DNA from: Ascoidea asiatica JCM 7603
Lineage: Eukaryota; Fungi; Ascomycota
Direction: 5' to 3'
DNA length: 64,000 bases
Assembly: GCA_001600695.1 (NCBI GenBank)
Contig: BCKQ01000001.1
Coordinates: 8,423-72,422 of the forward strand
How positions within the stretch are numbered: position 1 is the stretch's first letter; the number at the start of each line of letters is the position of its first letter. Under the pieces are notes generated by a model. It was not told where the DNA came from. It saw only the letters and a program-made list of their open reading frames with translations, and searched no databases. The translations under genes and the position numbers were made by a program. Shown piece after piece: positions 38,695 to 51,191 of the stretch.

Positions 38695-40641
38695 TTACTG
38701 AAGCAAATCAGGTTCTGTTTTGATTCCATTAATTTCTAAAGCTTTTTTATTTAGTTTGTTATTGTTGATATCATTATTATCACTATTAACATTGTTATTA
38801 TTAACAATATTCTCATTGTCAGCATTACCGTTATTACCTTCATCGTCATCATCATCACTGTTACTATATGTACTGTCAAAATCATACTCATAGCTGGATT
38901 CATCTGAGTCATCGTCACTTTCCTCAATGCCTTTGTTGGTTATCTTCGAAGATTCAATGATCTTATCCACCATTGTTTCATCTTTATTGAAAAGATAATA
39001 GTTATCTACTTCGTGTTTTAAAGAATCATGGGTTTTTCTTTTCGGCGTTCTATCTAAAGATTTTGATTTTCTACTATTGAAAAAAGCTTTTGCTTTTCCT
39101 CCGGTAAAATTATTTGATCTAACATTATCACTGGTTGAAATTTTTTTACTATTTGAAGAAACTGGTTCACTTTTATTCTGATCTGTTCTTGGATCTTTAT
39201 ATGTTCTTTTCTTATTATTGTCAATACCAGTTGAATCTAAATCTGACAAAATTGAGTTATTATCATGAAGATTAGATTCATTGAAATACTCATTGATTTT
39301 ATTATTCATATAATCGCTATACTCCTTATAACAATTTAGACAGCATTTTGCTTCAATTCCAGTTCCATAAACCTTGAAATTTAAATCTGGGTCTAAATGA
39401 ATTTTAGAATTTAAGCATTTGAAACAAAAAATCTTACCACATAATCTACAGTGGTGCTTTCTATTTAAAAGATTGAATGTCGACTTACAATTAAAACATT
39501 CACTCATCGATGAATTCTTAACCCAATGGTTTTTATTTAGATTGAAATCATTATCCATGTAATTTATATCATTTAAGCTATTATCATTATGATTGTTCTC
39601 ATAAATTGAAAATCTGCTATTGGAGAAAGTTATTGAATTGAAAAAATTTCTTAGTAATAGCATTGAGTTTGAAGTTGACATCAAAGTAGATTTGTTAGAT
39701 CTAATGCTTAAAGTGCTTGAATTTCTTTTATGGGGAATTGAAGTTGTTGAATTACTACTCAATGCTGAAAATCCAGTATGATTGATTGCATTATGACCAC
39801 CATTTGAATTGGAATTAATTGTAATCAATGAATTCAAATTATTTGAAACACTTTTATTTGAAATTGTATTATTAGCAGGTAAATTAGGAGGGGATTTTGA
39901 AGTGTTTCGACTACTCTTATTATTGTTGATCCTACAAGTATTTATATTATTGTCTAAAAGGTTATTGTCATTATTATTGATATTATTATTATTACGTTCT
40001 TTATTATTATTTATGGAACTTTTATTATTACTAGTATTATTAGTGGTAGTTATATTGATGTTATTAGTATTATTATTATTATTATTATGATTATGATCAA
40101 GTCTTAATGAGTTAGGTAGAGAATTAGGACTGGTATTAAACAAACTATTATTTGAAAATGACCTATTCATAAACATATGAGGATGGGTAGAATTACTTGT
40201 ATTTGTAATATTGTGACTATAATAATTATCATTATTATTTGGAGTAACACTATTAACATTCATATTAATGTTATTATTATAATTATTTTTATTGATATTA
40301 TTAAAGGATAGAGAATTACTTGAGTAACTTCCATTACTACTATTGAAACTTCCAGGAGTATTACTTAATTTCAAATCTTCCGGTTTAATTATAACTTCAG
40401 TTTTTCTTAAAACTGCAGGGATATAAAGAGGTCTCCTTAAATCTTCATCATCGTTATTTATATTATTATTCACGTTATTATTTTGGTTAGATTTTCCATT
40501 ATTACTTTGAGAACAATTTTTGGTATTATTTTGATTATTTTGATTATTTGCTTTTTGATTAGATGTCAAAGATCGTCTTCTAACCTTCACTTTATTTTTA
40601 TTATAAGTTTGATTTTGACTTTGGCCATTACCTTGATCTCG

Positions 40642-40673
<32 letters not shown>

Positions 40674-42024
40674 GAGTATGAGGATGAGTATGAGTATGCC
40701 TATGAATTTCATTATTAATCGAAGATTTTGATTGAAATAAAATCGATGAATTATTTTGATCATTATTGTTATTTTCCTCTTTGAGGCTGTTAACTGGGGT
40801 ATGGATTTTATGTTGAGCTTGAAATTGACCTAAATTTTGATCTGTAGTAGAAGAAAAAGTATTTTTCGATATATAATTTTCATTTGAGGACAGTTTTTTG
40901 GTACCTATTGAATCATTGCTTATTGAGTTTGTAGTTGTATTATTCACCACTATGTTTGAACTTTTATTATTGTTCGTATGAATATTATTTAAATTATTTA
41001 TAGGATCATTGAAAATAAAATGATTATGTTTAAAATCATTTGAAGTATTTTTTAATAATAGGTCATATTCCTTTTGATTTATTAGAATATTCTTTTGATT
41101 ACTGTTAATATTTTTAATATTTTTAACATTTTTAGTATTTGTGGTATTTGTAGTATTTGTAGTATTTTTATTTGATATTATATCTGTTTTATAATTATTT
41201 AATAGATTGTTTTGATTTTTTTGCATTAAAGATATATTATCATTAAAAAAATCATTTTGAAGATTATTTGATTTTTTGATAATTTTATTGGAATGATTAT
41301 CATTATTAATTTTATTTGAAGGAGAAGTTAAAGTTCTTGAATCATTTAATTCAGTTGTAATATCATTGAAATCATTAAAATCATAAAAAGTATTATCATT
41401 ATTTTTTTTACTAGTGTCTATCTTATTGAAATTATTATGATTATTATTATTGGTTGTTTTGTTATTGGATTTGTTAATGGTTTTGGTATTATCTTGAGAA
41501 GATATATCAGTTAATGAATAACCAGATTTAGTTAAAACTGGAAAATCCATTGGCGGTATAATTTGATCAGGAAAATCATTATAATTTACATTTTTATTAT
41601 AATTATCAAAATAATAATTGTTATTATTTTTATTATTTTTATTATTTTTATTATTTTTGACAATATTGTTATTACTTAAAGTTTCAACCTCATCTATATT
41701 TACTGAAGTTAAGTTAGAATCATCTAATTTAATTTGTTTAACATTATTTAAAGAGTCCTGTGGAATATTGGATATATTGTTATCATTATTATTGTTATTA
41801 ACATTTGATGAATTGGAAGTTGTATTATTATCTTCATCATCAGTCAATTCAAGATAATTAAAAGCAGTCAAATTTTTTAAAGCTTGATCAGTTAAAGATT
41901 TGTTTTCATCTTGATCAGGTAAAATACCTTCATGAATATTTTGAGTATTTTGAATTTGAATATTTTGAGAGTTCAACATATTTAGGGTGGTATTATTACT
42001 ATTATCGATAGTAACAGTCATCAT
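38695..42024 (-). CDS. Asn-rich FYVE-domain protein, PIB2-like
   Basis: FYVE: HWVKNS..CFNC..FNLLNRKHHCRLCGKIFCFKC..CCLNC. Also LRRPLYIPAVLR. Start placed at the first ATG (42024) downstream of the TAT repeat. Confidence 0.8.
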
Positions 42025-42092
42025 TAATATTTTGAATATTTCAGAAGATACTCTGGAAGAGAATAAGCAAGTATTTTTGTAACCAAAAGAGC

Positions 42093-42187
<95 letters not shown>

Positions 42188-42200
42188 TAACAATAACAAT
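42093..42200. repeat. (AAT)n microsatellite
   Basis: About 30 perfect AAT units followed by degenerate units. Confidence 0.95.
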
Positions 42201-42876
42201 AAAAATGAAAATGAAAATAAAAAGGAATAGTATTATCCAACTCCTTTAAAAATAGACAGTAAGATATATGTGTAATTTAATTAGATATGAAATGATAGTG
42301 AATATAATGCTCTCCAGTACATTTCTTTATTTATTTATCTATTTTATTTATTATCAAGTTACTGAGAGAGAGAAATTAAACAGAGATTGTGATATCGTAA
42401 AAGAAGCTCAGATCTGAACTGATTACCGAGTTGCAATTTGTGGGCTGGAGTCCCGCTGGAGGCACTGTCCACAAGAGGCAACTCGGTGTGGCTAGTACGC
42501 ACAAGTGGATCTTTTGTGATTGGTCAGGCACTAGGGGGCCCCACCGCCACAGCGCGTTTTGCTCATATCTCAGTTGGCTCGGTCGGAGAGAACTGCGCAG
42601 TGGGTGGATGGTGTCTGCAGTGTACAGTATGTTTATCTTCGGGTTGGTTTCACGTCTGCAGGGTTAGGACCAGGACAACCCGTTGCCCTAGGATACGCTT
42701 GGCGGGTTTTAATAGGCCAGTGGTAAGCAGTCGCAGTAAGCATCCCACAACGAAGGCCAGTGTTCCCATCAAATTTGAGATGCACGTGTTAAAATCTGCA
42801 TTGGCAAGCCACTACGCATTGTCTCTCTTACTATTTTATTCTCAGCTACAAAGACTGAAAAAAAGAGAAAAAAAAA

Positions 42877-42949
42877 TGCCTTCAGCCTGATTCGAACAGA
42901 CGATCTCCTCATTACTAGTGAGGTGCCTTACCAACTTGGCCATAAAGGC
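42877..42949 (-). tRNA. tRNA-Thr(AGT)
   Basis: GCCTTTA-TG-GCCAAGTTGGTAAGGC-A-CCTCA-CTAGTAA-TGAGG-AGATC-GTCTG-TTCGAAT-CAGGC-TGAAGGC-A folds as a cloverleaf, followed by an oligo-T terminator. Confidence 0.95.
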
Positions 42950-43381
42950 AGATTTTGTTAAAACAAGTAAATATGACTTTTGATTTTTTTAAAATAATTT
43001 CCAAATAACTTTTTTTTTTTTTTTTTTATTTAACTTGGAACTTAAAACCGTTAGAAGTAAACAAGTAATAGAACATTTATCGTTAAATAAGCTAGCTGTA
43101 TGTATATAAATAGTTAAAATATAAATATATATATATATATATATATGATTATGTATAATATGCGTAAATAATTAAGAGAAATCAAAGAAAATCAAAAATG
43201 AAAAAAAAAAAATAATAAAGAAGTTAAAATAAATTGCATAACATACATAACATTAGGTTTAAATAAAATAATAAAGAAAAAAAATAAAGAACCTGATTAG
43301 ACAAAAATCAGCGCTTATTTTATAATAGAGAATTGAATAGTTAATTAAAACAATCTTTTGATTTATCAATCAAAGCATTTA

Positions 43382-44473
43382 TTAAAGCAGATCAATAAAG
43401 TTATTACCTTTCTTAATATTTGGAGTTAATTGATCAATAGCAACTTCTAATAAATCTTTTTCATAATCTGTGATTTTATCTATAATTTTATAATTTATTT
43501 CTTTTATACCATTTTCATTAAATGTTACTGGTAATGAGAAATACTCTAATGATTTATGATTAGTTTTGTGATTATTATTATTGTTATTACTATTACTTAG
43601 AATTTCATCAAGTTTTAACTTAAATTCTTTTGAACCTTTAATATTATCATTTAAATTTATATAACAACAAATATCTTTAACTTCAACTTTATTAACGATT
43701 GCATTGATAAAATTATTTGCAAAATTATAACCAGCATATGCCATTGATAAAGTTGCAGAACCTTTACCTTCTTTAGCTTTAACAATTTCATCACCACCAT
43801 ATTGAACTCTATTTATTAAAGCATTTTTTTCAATATTTGTTAAATTATTAAAAATATTTTTTGAATTACCAATTGAAAATAATGGTACAATAGTTTCACC
43901 AGAATGACCACCAATTACAGGTACATTAAAATTTTCTGGTTTAAAATAATTTTTATTTAAATTATTTTTAGTATTATTTGCTAATTCTGAGATAAAAGTA
44001 TTTGATCTAATTACATCTAAGTTTGTTACACCAAATATTTTTTTTGAATTTAATAAATTATTTTTTTTAAGAATTTGACAAACTATTGGAACTAAAGAAT
44101 TAACAGGATTTGAAATTATTAAAATAAAAGCATTTGGACAATTTTGAGCAATTGAGATTGATAAATCTTTTATAATTCCAGCATTAATTTTAAATAAATC
44201 ATCTCTTGTCATTCCTGGTTTTCTTGGAATTCCAGCAGGTATTATAACAATATCTGAATTAATTAAAGAATTTTTTAAACCATTATTATTATCATCAGAT
44301 GGTAAAAATGAATTAACTTTAACATGAGTTGAAATATGAGATAAATCTTTTGCAACACCAGGAGAATTAACAACATCAAATAAAGATAATTGATCAATTA
44401 ATGGATTTAATTTTAATAATAAAGATAATGGTTGTCCAATACCACCTGCTGCTCCACAAACTGTTACTTTCAT
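43382..44473 (-). CDS. NAD-dependent malate dehydrogenase, probably cytosolic
   Basis: KVTVCGAAGGIGQPLSLLLK, IPAGIPRKPGMTRDDLF, SNPVNS, VIGGHSG, GSATLSMA. No presequence and no PTS1 (ends IDLL). Confidence 0.95.
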   Translation of the reverse strand: MKVTVCGAAGGIGQPLSLLLKLNPLIDQLSLFDVVNSPGVAKDLSHISTHVKVNSFLPSDDNNNGLKNSLINSDIVIIPAGIPRKPGMTRDDLFKINAGIIKDLSISIAQNCPNAFILIISNPVNSLVPIVCQILKKNNLLNSKKIFGVTNLDVIRSNTFISELANNTKNNLNKNYFKPENFNVPVIGGHSGETIVPLFSIGNSKNIFNNLTNIEKNALINRVQYGGDEIVKAKEGKGSATLSMAYAGYNFANNFINAIVNKVEVKDICCYINLNDNIKGSKEFKLKLDEILSNSNNNNNNHKTNHKSLEYFSLPVTFNENGIKEINYKIIDKITDYEKDLLEVAIDQLTPNIKKGNNFIDLL

Positions 44474-45419
44474 TTTGATTTGTATTTTTTGGTTGTTAAG
44501 TTATGTAATTAAATGAAAATTGTATATATATATTAACAATTTAATATATTTAAGAGTATTGTAAAATAATTGATTAATAAGTTTAGTAGTATAATATAGA
44601 ATATATAGTATCAATTAATAATTAAGAGTAATAGAATTTTATGAAAAAGTAGGAAACTTCAATGGTTTTTATAAGATTTTATAAGATTTTGAAAAAAAAA
44701 AGTTTATATTCATTATCTCCATATTTTGGAATCCACAACTAGTTTCAAAACAGAAAAGCGTTAGAAAGAGAAAAAAGAGAGAAAAGAGAGCAAAAAAAGA
44801 AGAGCATATCACCCATTATTTGGTATCATCACTCATCTTCTTCCATCATTGCCTTCATTGCCTTCATGTTCATGATAATAGTTCATAATGCTAAACATTA
44901 TGCTAAACATTATGCTAAATAGTGGTGAAAGCACTGGCAGCAGTGGTTTGCAAATGGAAAAATATATTTTATCGGCGTTGGGCAAGGTCCAGAAACTGAA
45001 ATGAACGCGTGGAGAGGTGGCCCGGTGCAGCTCCAGCCGGATAGCAGAGGTCTCCGTGTTATGTTCGGAGCTCCCACCCTTGCGGAGATCACAGACACTC
45101 CTCACACCAGAGCCTGCTATTCCACTTCCTCAGGGCAGCCTCGACGGGTGAGTTCGCGGAGTGCCTCCGTGCGCGCCACTTCCTTTTTATATTACTCTTT
45201 AGCTGGGAACTTGGGTGGGAATACTAGAACAACAGACGGCGAGCACGTGTATAAGGCGGCTGGCATCAGTAATATAACGCTTGAGTAAGAGTACTAGCAA
45301 AGATGTTCTATTTCAGGGCCTTTTCCTGATAGCAGTGGGAAGAGCGCCAGGCCTTGCTCTGCGTCACTCAGGCCTGGAACAGTCACGAAGTTCGCAAAGT
45401 TCATGAAGTCCTCCAAGAA

Positions 45420-45600
45420 ACAGAAAGAAAAAGAAGAAAAGAAAAAGAAAAAGAAAAAGCAAAAGAAAAGGCCGAATTCTCTTCAGTTGCTGCTGCTGCT
45501 GAATCTGGAGTTGAATCTGAAACTGGCGCTAGAACCAGTAGAGCCAGTGGAACCAGTGGAACAAGAACTGGAACTGGAACTGGAACTGGAACAAGAACTA
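45420..45600. repeat. Purine-rich simple repeats (AAAAAG)n and (GGAACT)n
   Basis: Tandem hexamers visible in the intergenic region. Confidence 0.7.
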
Positions 45601-47206
45601 GATGCAAAGGCTCCATTCCATTTGAAGAAACCGCGCTTTATTTTTTTATGCCATTTAATTTACTTTACTATTGTTAGCTTTCCTGAAGTCATGAACTGCT
45701 TGATTTTTACATTGCGATAATTATCATTTTGCTTCTTTTTTTCTTCTTCTTTTCTACAATGTAATACATACAATACGTATACGGTATAACTTTATAGAAT
45801 ATTTATTCAATTACATTACCTTCTCAAAACAAATGTTTTATTAGAATAATCCCATCCTGTTCTTACCAATCACAAATGCCTAAGTCGCTTTAAAAAAAAA
45901 TATTATATTTAAATATTATTGTTTATTATTGTAACAGTTATATTTTTAGTATTTAATGAAAATTTTCTTATTTCTTCATAACTGAATAATTCCTTCACTT
46001 GATTATTTGACAGATATATCTAAAGCAAAAAAATATTATTAAAACCAAAATACCGGGACCCCTAAGGGGTTTAGTAACCTTAGGCTAATACTAATAATCT
46101 AATAACCCAGGAAACACAGCAAGCTTTACGTAACAGCTGAGTAATCATCCTAACAAAATCTATGAATCTTGGAAAAAAATCCTAAAAATATAAGATTTTG
46201 TGGCATTTAAAAAATATTCAAATAAAACTGAATCAAACACATTTATTATTAACTTATGTGATGTGAAGAACTCCGAAGGCTATGGACGACTCCAGCCCAA
46301 CCACGTGGCGACGAAGTTAGTTCATTCACTTTTCCAAATCAACTTTCGGAAATATTCTTATATTGTGCCAGAATGTGATATCCCACTATTGACATTCGCA
46401 CCACTATCTACCCACCTCCTCTTATCAGGACGTCATCTGTTTCAACTTTGATAAACGCAAATAAATACTAATACATACCGTATCTGTATTTGCTGAAAGA
46501 CTTGGCTTGGAAATCAGCGGTTTCGCTGCCACCACCCAGGGTCCAATGCATTAGAGCAGTATCTAACCTGCACACGCATCCCCGCAAATGTCTTTCCTGT
46601 GTTTACCTTTTCCTTTTATTCTCCATACTCAATTCACGTGCTTTTTTTTTCAATATTTTTTAATTATTTTAAGCACAGCCACAGTTGTGCATTTCAACAG
46701 TTCCACAGGTGGCGTTTCGTTTGACTAAGATGCTTACGAACTGTTTCTCGTTTGCAGTGTGTAATTGCATCTGACAACGGGGCAGTTGCCGTCGGATCGG
46801 ATGCTCGTCGGATACTTCTTTGCTACCATCCATATTAATGCTAAGCGATTCAGTAGCGTTACCCGTAGCTTTTTTTAACTTTTCCGAATTAAATTTATTG
46901 ATTCTAAGCAATATTAAACCATAATACAGTATATTTATCTATCTATCTATTTATCTACATGTATCTGCTTTCCACAAATACTGTATAAACTACCTTACCT
47001 TACTAATATCGAAAATATTCCATCCCTCTTAAATAACTATTTACTGACTAAAAGTTAACATAGACTAATAATATTTGTTTATTTGATCAATTATTTACTT
47101 CTAGATAAAATTTTCTTTATCTATTAATATAAACTAAAATATAAAGAATTCAATATTACTTATTGTAAATTTATATCTAATTTCTTTTTTATTATCTTAT
47201 CAAAAA

Positions 47207-48151
47207 ATGGTACTTCCCATATATGTTCCTATTATATTCGGTGTAGCAGTAACAGCTGGGGTTTCTCTTGCAATTTATGAAAATAGAGAATTAATTTGTG
47301 AATTTATTAATGAAAAGGCAAATGATTTAAAATGTAAAATAAATGAAAATAAATTTAAAAAAACTTTAGTTAAATGTAAACAAGATTTTGATAATTTCAA
47401 TAATTTTGATAATAATGATAAGAATAATGATGAAAAAAATGATATTATAAATGAAAAAAGTAACATTAATGATAATATTAATGATAATGATAATGATAAT
47501 AATATTGTTGTTAAAAATACTTCTTCTGAAGTTAATGAAAATTTATCAAATTCAATTTTAAAGAAAAGATATTCTATTGATAATAATGATGATACAGATT
47601 TCAATTATGAAAGTAATGATGATCATTATAATAATGATAATAATGTCAATTATGAATCAAGTGATGATGACTTATATGTTTCTCCAAATTATAATCAATC
47701 TAATAATTATAATCAATCAAATCAAATTCCTGATTATATATCTTTTGGTCCAACAAAAGAGATTCTTTCTCAATCTGAATCTGAATCTGAATCTGATACT
47801 GAATCTGACACTGGATCCCAACGTAAAACTGTCACTAATTCGCTATCCAATACTTTTCAAAACAATGATATTAATCCTTTCGTAAATGGTTTCGAAGAAA
47901 ATAATTCTTCAATTTCAAATCCATTTGCTGATTCAAATATTATCTCTAATTCAAATTTTAATTCTTCGGATGAACTTATGAATTCTTCTTCATGGTCAAT
48001 TATTCCTCCATTTGAAGATTCTGAAAATGAAACTGCCAGTGAAATTGAAAATGGAAATGGAAATGAAAATGAAAATGAAAATGAAATTTCGAACCTAAAC
48101 ATTAAATCAAATTCAACCTCAAATAACTCAACTCAATTTTTATTAAATTGA
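47207..48151 (+). CDS. Uncharacterised protein with N-terminal TM anchor and acidic Asn/Ser-rich tail
   Basis: 314-aa ORF with AAAAATG start context. Hydrophobic IYVPIIFGVAVTAGVSLAIYE segment and host-like codon usage. Confidence 0.75.
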   Translation: MVLPIYVPIIFGVAVTAGVSLAIYENRELICEFINEKANDLKCKINENKFKKTLVKCKQDFDNFNNFDNNDKNNDEKNDIINEKSNINDNINDNDNDNNIVVKNTSSEVNENLSNSILKKRYSIDNNDDTDFNYESNDDHYNNDNNVNYESSDDDLYVSPNYNQSNNYNQSNQIPDYISFGPTKEILSQSESESESDTESDTGSQRKTVTNSLSNTFQNNDINPFVNGFEENNSSISNPFADSNIISNSNFNSSDELMNSSSWSIIPPFEDSENETASEIENGNGNENENENEISNLNIKSNSTSNNSTQFLLN

Positions 48152-48959
48152 TTTAATTTATATTCCCTTTTTTTCAGTTTCAACTTTTCTTTTTCATTTC
48201 TTTTCTCTTCTCTTCTCTTCTCTTCTATTCTACTTAATTTTTTTTTCTTTAATTTATTTAATCTATTCTTTTTTTTTATTTTTTTTCAATCTTATTCTAC
48301 TCTTTTCTATTTAATATAATTTTATAAAATAGATTTCTTATCAGATACTAAATAACTAATAAAAAATAAATATTGTTGCCACCCATGAATTTGGCTTCAC
48401 CCGCCACATATCCTTCTAAATGTACCCCAGTACATAGTTTTTCAAATACCGAACATGCGAGATGGTTTAACGAACGTTCCCGAAAATAGTAAGCAACTGT
48501 ACCATAAAATAAATAATGATGAAATTTCTTGAATTTTTGGGAAATATTTTATTCAAATCAAAACTTTTAATTTTAAACAGTTCTTAAATTTAAACATTTT
48601 GATTAGATCATTTCTAAAACTGAAAACTAATACTGAGTTTATGCTATAAATTAGACAAAGTAAAAGAAGTCAATTTTTGTTATTTCAGTTTTTTCAAAAA
48701 AAAAAAATGGTAAATACAATATTAGATTTTGAGTTTTCTTCATTCAATTTTTATACCGACTCAATTCAATTTTTCAAATTACCATGTTTTACCTTTTCTA
48801 AATCTTTTTTTTTGTTATTCGTGTCGTAGATAATTTCAAGAACAAAAACAAAAATAGAAAATTACAATTACAGTTACAATTATAAATATCAATTATTGAT
48901 TACAAATTATTAATTATCATTCGAATATTCAAATCTCCAATCAAATAAGATTATCAAAT

Positions 48960-51002
48960 ATGATAATCAGGTTATTCAATCTTAATCTCAGAAGAATTCA
49001 TACTTTTCCTCCTGCCAGAATAATCAATCCTTTATTACCTTTAGAAGCTCTTGAGGATCAACAAGATAGTGTTGGCTCTAAAAGAAAAAAATTTCAAAAA
49101 GATATAACTCTCACACATGATAATCATGGCTCAAATATCAAAAACAGATCTACTAAGACTGATAATAAGTCAAGCAATAATAATAATAATAACAACAATA
49201 ACAACAATAATAATAAAGACTCCAGTGAAGACAACAGTGAAGAAAAAAAATATAGTTGGGGAAAAGATGTTTGGACGAAATCTATTGAAACTGGTGCTAT
49301 AACTGCAGCCTCTATTTTGGTCTTAGCTTTCGCTGGAATTTCTTATCATACATTTTATGATTTCACTGTTTTATCAAAAATGAATAAAGCCTTTGAAAAA
49401 GGGTTTCATAGTTATGATACAACAATGCATTCAAAGCAGAAGATTTCTTCTCATAATTCAGATTCAAATTCTATCAAGCATAAAAAATCCAGTTCCTATC
49501 AAGCCAATAATGAGCCCGAAAACTCTATAGAGAACAGTGCAAATACTAATGCTCAAAATGATGACAAGGATCACGAAGATAAATATGAAGAAAAAGATGT
49601 TGAAGAAGATGATGAGGATGACGAAGAAGATGACGAGGAAGATGATGATAATGAAGAAGAAGAAAATGATGATAATTGGGTGGAAAGAAAAGAAGAAATT
49701 TTCATTGATGGAATTATAAGTGGCAATAAAGGTAAAGGGAGATACTACTTGTTTTTAGGTGAAAAAGGAACTGGTAAAACTTCTTTATTATTACATGCTA
49801 TCAAAAAAAATAATGGTAAAAATGTTGTTCTCTTTGATGCTCATAGTGATCCTGAAATTTTCAGATTAAGATTAGGCAATGCATTAAATTTTAAGTATTT
49901 TGAAGATTATATTGGCTCTTTATTTTCAATTAAAGGTCCAAGAGATACAACTGCTTTGTTGGATATTGAAAGGGCTTTAACAAAATTAGAGGAATTTGCT
50001 TTTAAAACAAAAGAAAAAAGAAACTTTAAACCATTGATAGTTGTAATAAATAATTGTCATTTAATTAGAGATGATGATCTTGGTAGAGATTTAATTGAAA
50101 TTTTACAACAAAAAGCTGAAGCTTTAAGTGGCTCAGGTTTAGTAACAATGATTTTCAATTCTGATGATTATTGGTTTTATGAAAGATTAAGAAAATTGGC
50201 AACAAGACTTGAAACAATAAATATCAAAGACTTGAATAGAGATCAAAGTATAAATACTTTAAAAATATTAAATAAAAAATTTCAATATCTTGATAATGAT
50301 GATAATAAAACTGATGATAAATTGGCTGAACGAATTTATGAATTAATTGGTGGTAGAATTCAACATTTATCAAGGGCTTGTAAAAAATCACATAAAAAAG
50401 TTAATTTAATTAAAATTGCAAATGAATTGATTGATAGTGAAAAAAGTTGGTTAATGAGTCAATGTGGCTTACTTGGAATGAATATGGATGATGATGTTAT
50501 GGAATCTGGTAAATTTGCAAATTCTGCTATGCTTTTAATAAAAGAATTCGTTGAAATGGATAAAGATTTTTTTAAAAAAAATAAATGTGGAAAAGTTAAA
50601 GATTATAAATTACCTGAATTACCTTTATGGCGAGCAAGACAAATAATGACAAGAAATGATTATATTCAGAAATATGATGAGTTAAATATTTTCACAATTG
50701 ATTCCAATCAAATTGTAAGACCAGATTCGATTCCAATGTTAAGAGCATTTCATGAGATTTATAATCAGCCTGGCTTTAATAAATTATTGGACGATAATTG
50801 TGATAGGGTTTCTCAGATTGAATCATTAGGTAGAACAAGAGAGTTAGTTGCCAAAGATTTAATTCTAGGGGCTAATTATAGAATTGATAAAAATAAGGTC
50901 ACAATTGAAAACAATGAGGAAGATGATAATTACGAAACTATATTAATGCAAAAATTTGGCAAAGCTGCTACTAAAGAATACTGGAAAGAAAGATTGAAAT
51001 AG
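48960..51002 (+). CDS. Membrane-anchored P-loop (AAA-like) ATPase, probably mitochondrial
   Basis: 680 aa. Arg-rich N-terminus, TM AITAASILVLAFAGISY, Walker A GEKGTGKT, atypical Walker B IVVINN, IGGR motif. Confidence 0.8.
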   Translation: MIIRLFNLNLRRIHTFPPARIINPLLPLEALEDQQDSVGSKRKKFQKDITLTHDNHGSNIKNRSTKTDNKSSNNNNNNNNNNNNNKDSSEDNSEEKKYSWGKDVWTKSIETGAITAASILVLAFAGISYHTFYDFTVLSKMNKAFEKGFHSYDTTMHSKQKISSHNSDSNSIKHKKSSSYQANNEPENSIENSANTNAQNDDKDHEDKYEEKDVEEDDEDDEEDDEEDDDNEEEENDDNWVERKEEIFIDGIISGNKGKGRYYLFLGEKGTGKTSLLLHAIKKNNGKNVVLFDAHSDPEIFRLRLGNALNFKYFEDYIGSLFSIKGPRDTTALLDIERALTKLEEFAFKTKEKRNFKPLIVVINNCHLIRDDDLGRDLIEILQQKAEALSGSGLVTMIFNSDDYWFYERLRKLATRLETINIKDLNRDQSINTLKILNKKFQYLDNDDNKTDDKLAERIYELIGGRIQHLSRACKKSHKKVNLIKIANELIDSEKSWLMSQCGLLGMNMDDDVMESGKFANSAMLLIKEFVEMDKDFFKKNKCGKVKDYKLPELPLWRARQIMTRNDYIQKYDELNIFTIDSNQIVRPDSIPMLRAFHEIYNQPGFNKLLDDNCDRVSQIESLGRTRELVAKDLILGANYRIDKNKVTIENNEEDDNYETILMQKFGKAATKEYWKERLK

Positions 51003-51191
51003 ATTTTGTTTTAAACTTTTCTTTCATTTAAATTCAGATATATATTCGTTAATTATTGCATTCATAAAACTTTCATTTTAGTTCATTTTATAAAAATAAT
51101 GAACAATCTCAAGTTATATTCATAAATCAACTTTTGTAGAATTTAAGACATTTATTAAAATATACAAACTAAACAATAGGTACATTATTCA

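Noticed and set aside
42025-42240. Poly-Tyr N-terminal extension of the FYVE ORF
   Set aside because: It arises from a TTG start read through a (TAT)n microsatellite. The first ATG is at 42024.
42431-42890. GC-rich overlapping ORFs
   Set aside because: Non-ATG starts, atypical codon use and no motifs. Most likely promoter sequence, and one ORF overlaps the tRNA.
44833-46911. Several short ORFs and small hairpins between MDH and the 47207 gene
   Set aside because: They are explained by simple repeats and a divergent promoter region (CACGTG and TTACCCG sites). No RNA family was recognisable.
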